Source of the DNA: Candidatus Thorarchaeota archaeon
Lineage (GTDB): Archaea; Asgardarchaeota; Thorarchaeia; Thorarchaeales; Thorarchaeaceae
NCBI GenBank assembly: GCA_016840855.1
Contig: JAEORO010000161.1
Location: 1-26,407 of the forward strand
Length of the DNA stretch: 26,407 nt
Reading direction: 5' to 3'
The position numbers and the translations under genes were made by a program. Shown here piece by piece: positions 26,201-26,407 of the stretch (positions are counted from its first letter, which is position 1; each line of letters opens with the position of its first letter). The notes beneath the pieces were generated by a model. The model saw only the letters and a program-made list of their open reading frames with translations, was not told the origin of the DNA and did not search any database.

Positions 26201-26370
26201 CCTTTAGTCCTCCATCCGTGCTATAGTCTACATCGGGTCCGCGAAATAATATGACTTCAAAAGGGGGGGACGACAAGGAAGAATCAGTTGGGTGTGGTAC
26301 TAATGGAAGAAGTACCAAGATTCTTCGCGGACGCCCACCTAGTTTCAGTAGGATTTCATGCTACTAAAGG
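26201..26370. other. Nested inverted repeats, candidate structured leader or ncRNA
   Basis: CCTTTAGT/ACTAAAGG, GTCCGCGAA/TTCGCGGAC, GAATC/GATTC and TGGTACT/AGTACCA are all mutually nested. Confidence 0.35.
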
Positions 26371-26407
26371 ATTCTTATCGACTAAAAAATATAGAAAATA
26401 TCCTTAC

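Noticed and set aside
771-26318. Many short ORFs antisense to or nested in long genes in the ORF track
   Set aside because: Shadow ORFs of well-supported genes, with no motifs
26251-26367. 38-aa + strand ORF (MTSKGGDDKEESVGCG...)
   Set aside because: No RBS, unremarkable composition, and it coincides with the inverted-repeat region
1-26407. CRISPR array, tRNA, rRNA, SRP or RNase P RNA, transposase or integrase
   Set aside because: No regularly spaced repeats, cloverleafs or diagnostic motifs were seen in any intergenic region or ORF

Overview
Archaeal chromosomal window. The gene content and style (GGAGGTG/GGTGA RBS, TATA-type promoters, an arrestin-fold gene, a C-terminally anchored ABC solute-binding protein, large paired FtsX/MacB-type permeases, a tandem GNAT) suggest an Asgard archaeon such as Thorarchaeota; this is inferred, not proven. 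The window holds a translationally coupled uvrB-uvrA-uvrA operon with no uvrC in view, a catalytically degenerate RadA/Rad51-like protein, two histidine phosphatases, a FucI-like isomerase, a TPR protein, a class I/II aminotransferase and an atypical peroxiredoxin. I found no rRNA, tRNA, CRISPR array or transposase. The most interesting items are largely missing from the ORF track. (1) Three 31-39 aa minus-strand micropeptide ORFs have Tyr-rich C-termini; two share LxxLxx[LI]YYD, and they sit in compact, hairpin-rich units with a palindromic operator. (2) A three-way-junction RNA with loop-loop complementarity lies upstream of uvrB. (3) A 21-bp palindromic motif recurs in two promoters 13 kb apart. 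(4) PCNA-binding-like motifs occur in UvrB and in the degenerate RadA paralog. All family calls come from motif recognition by eye.
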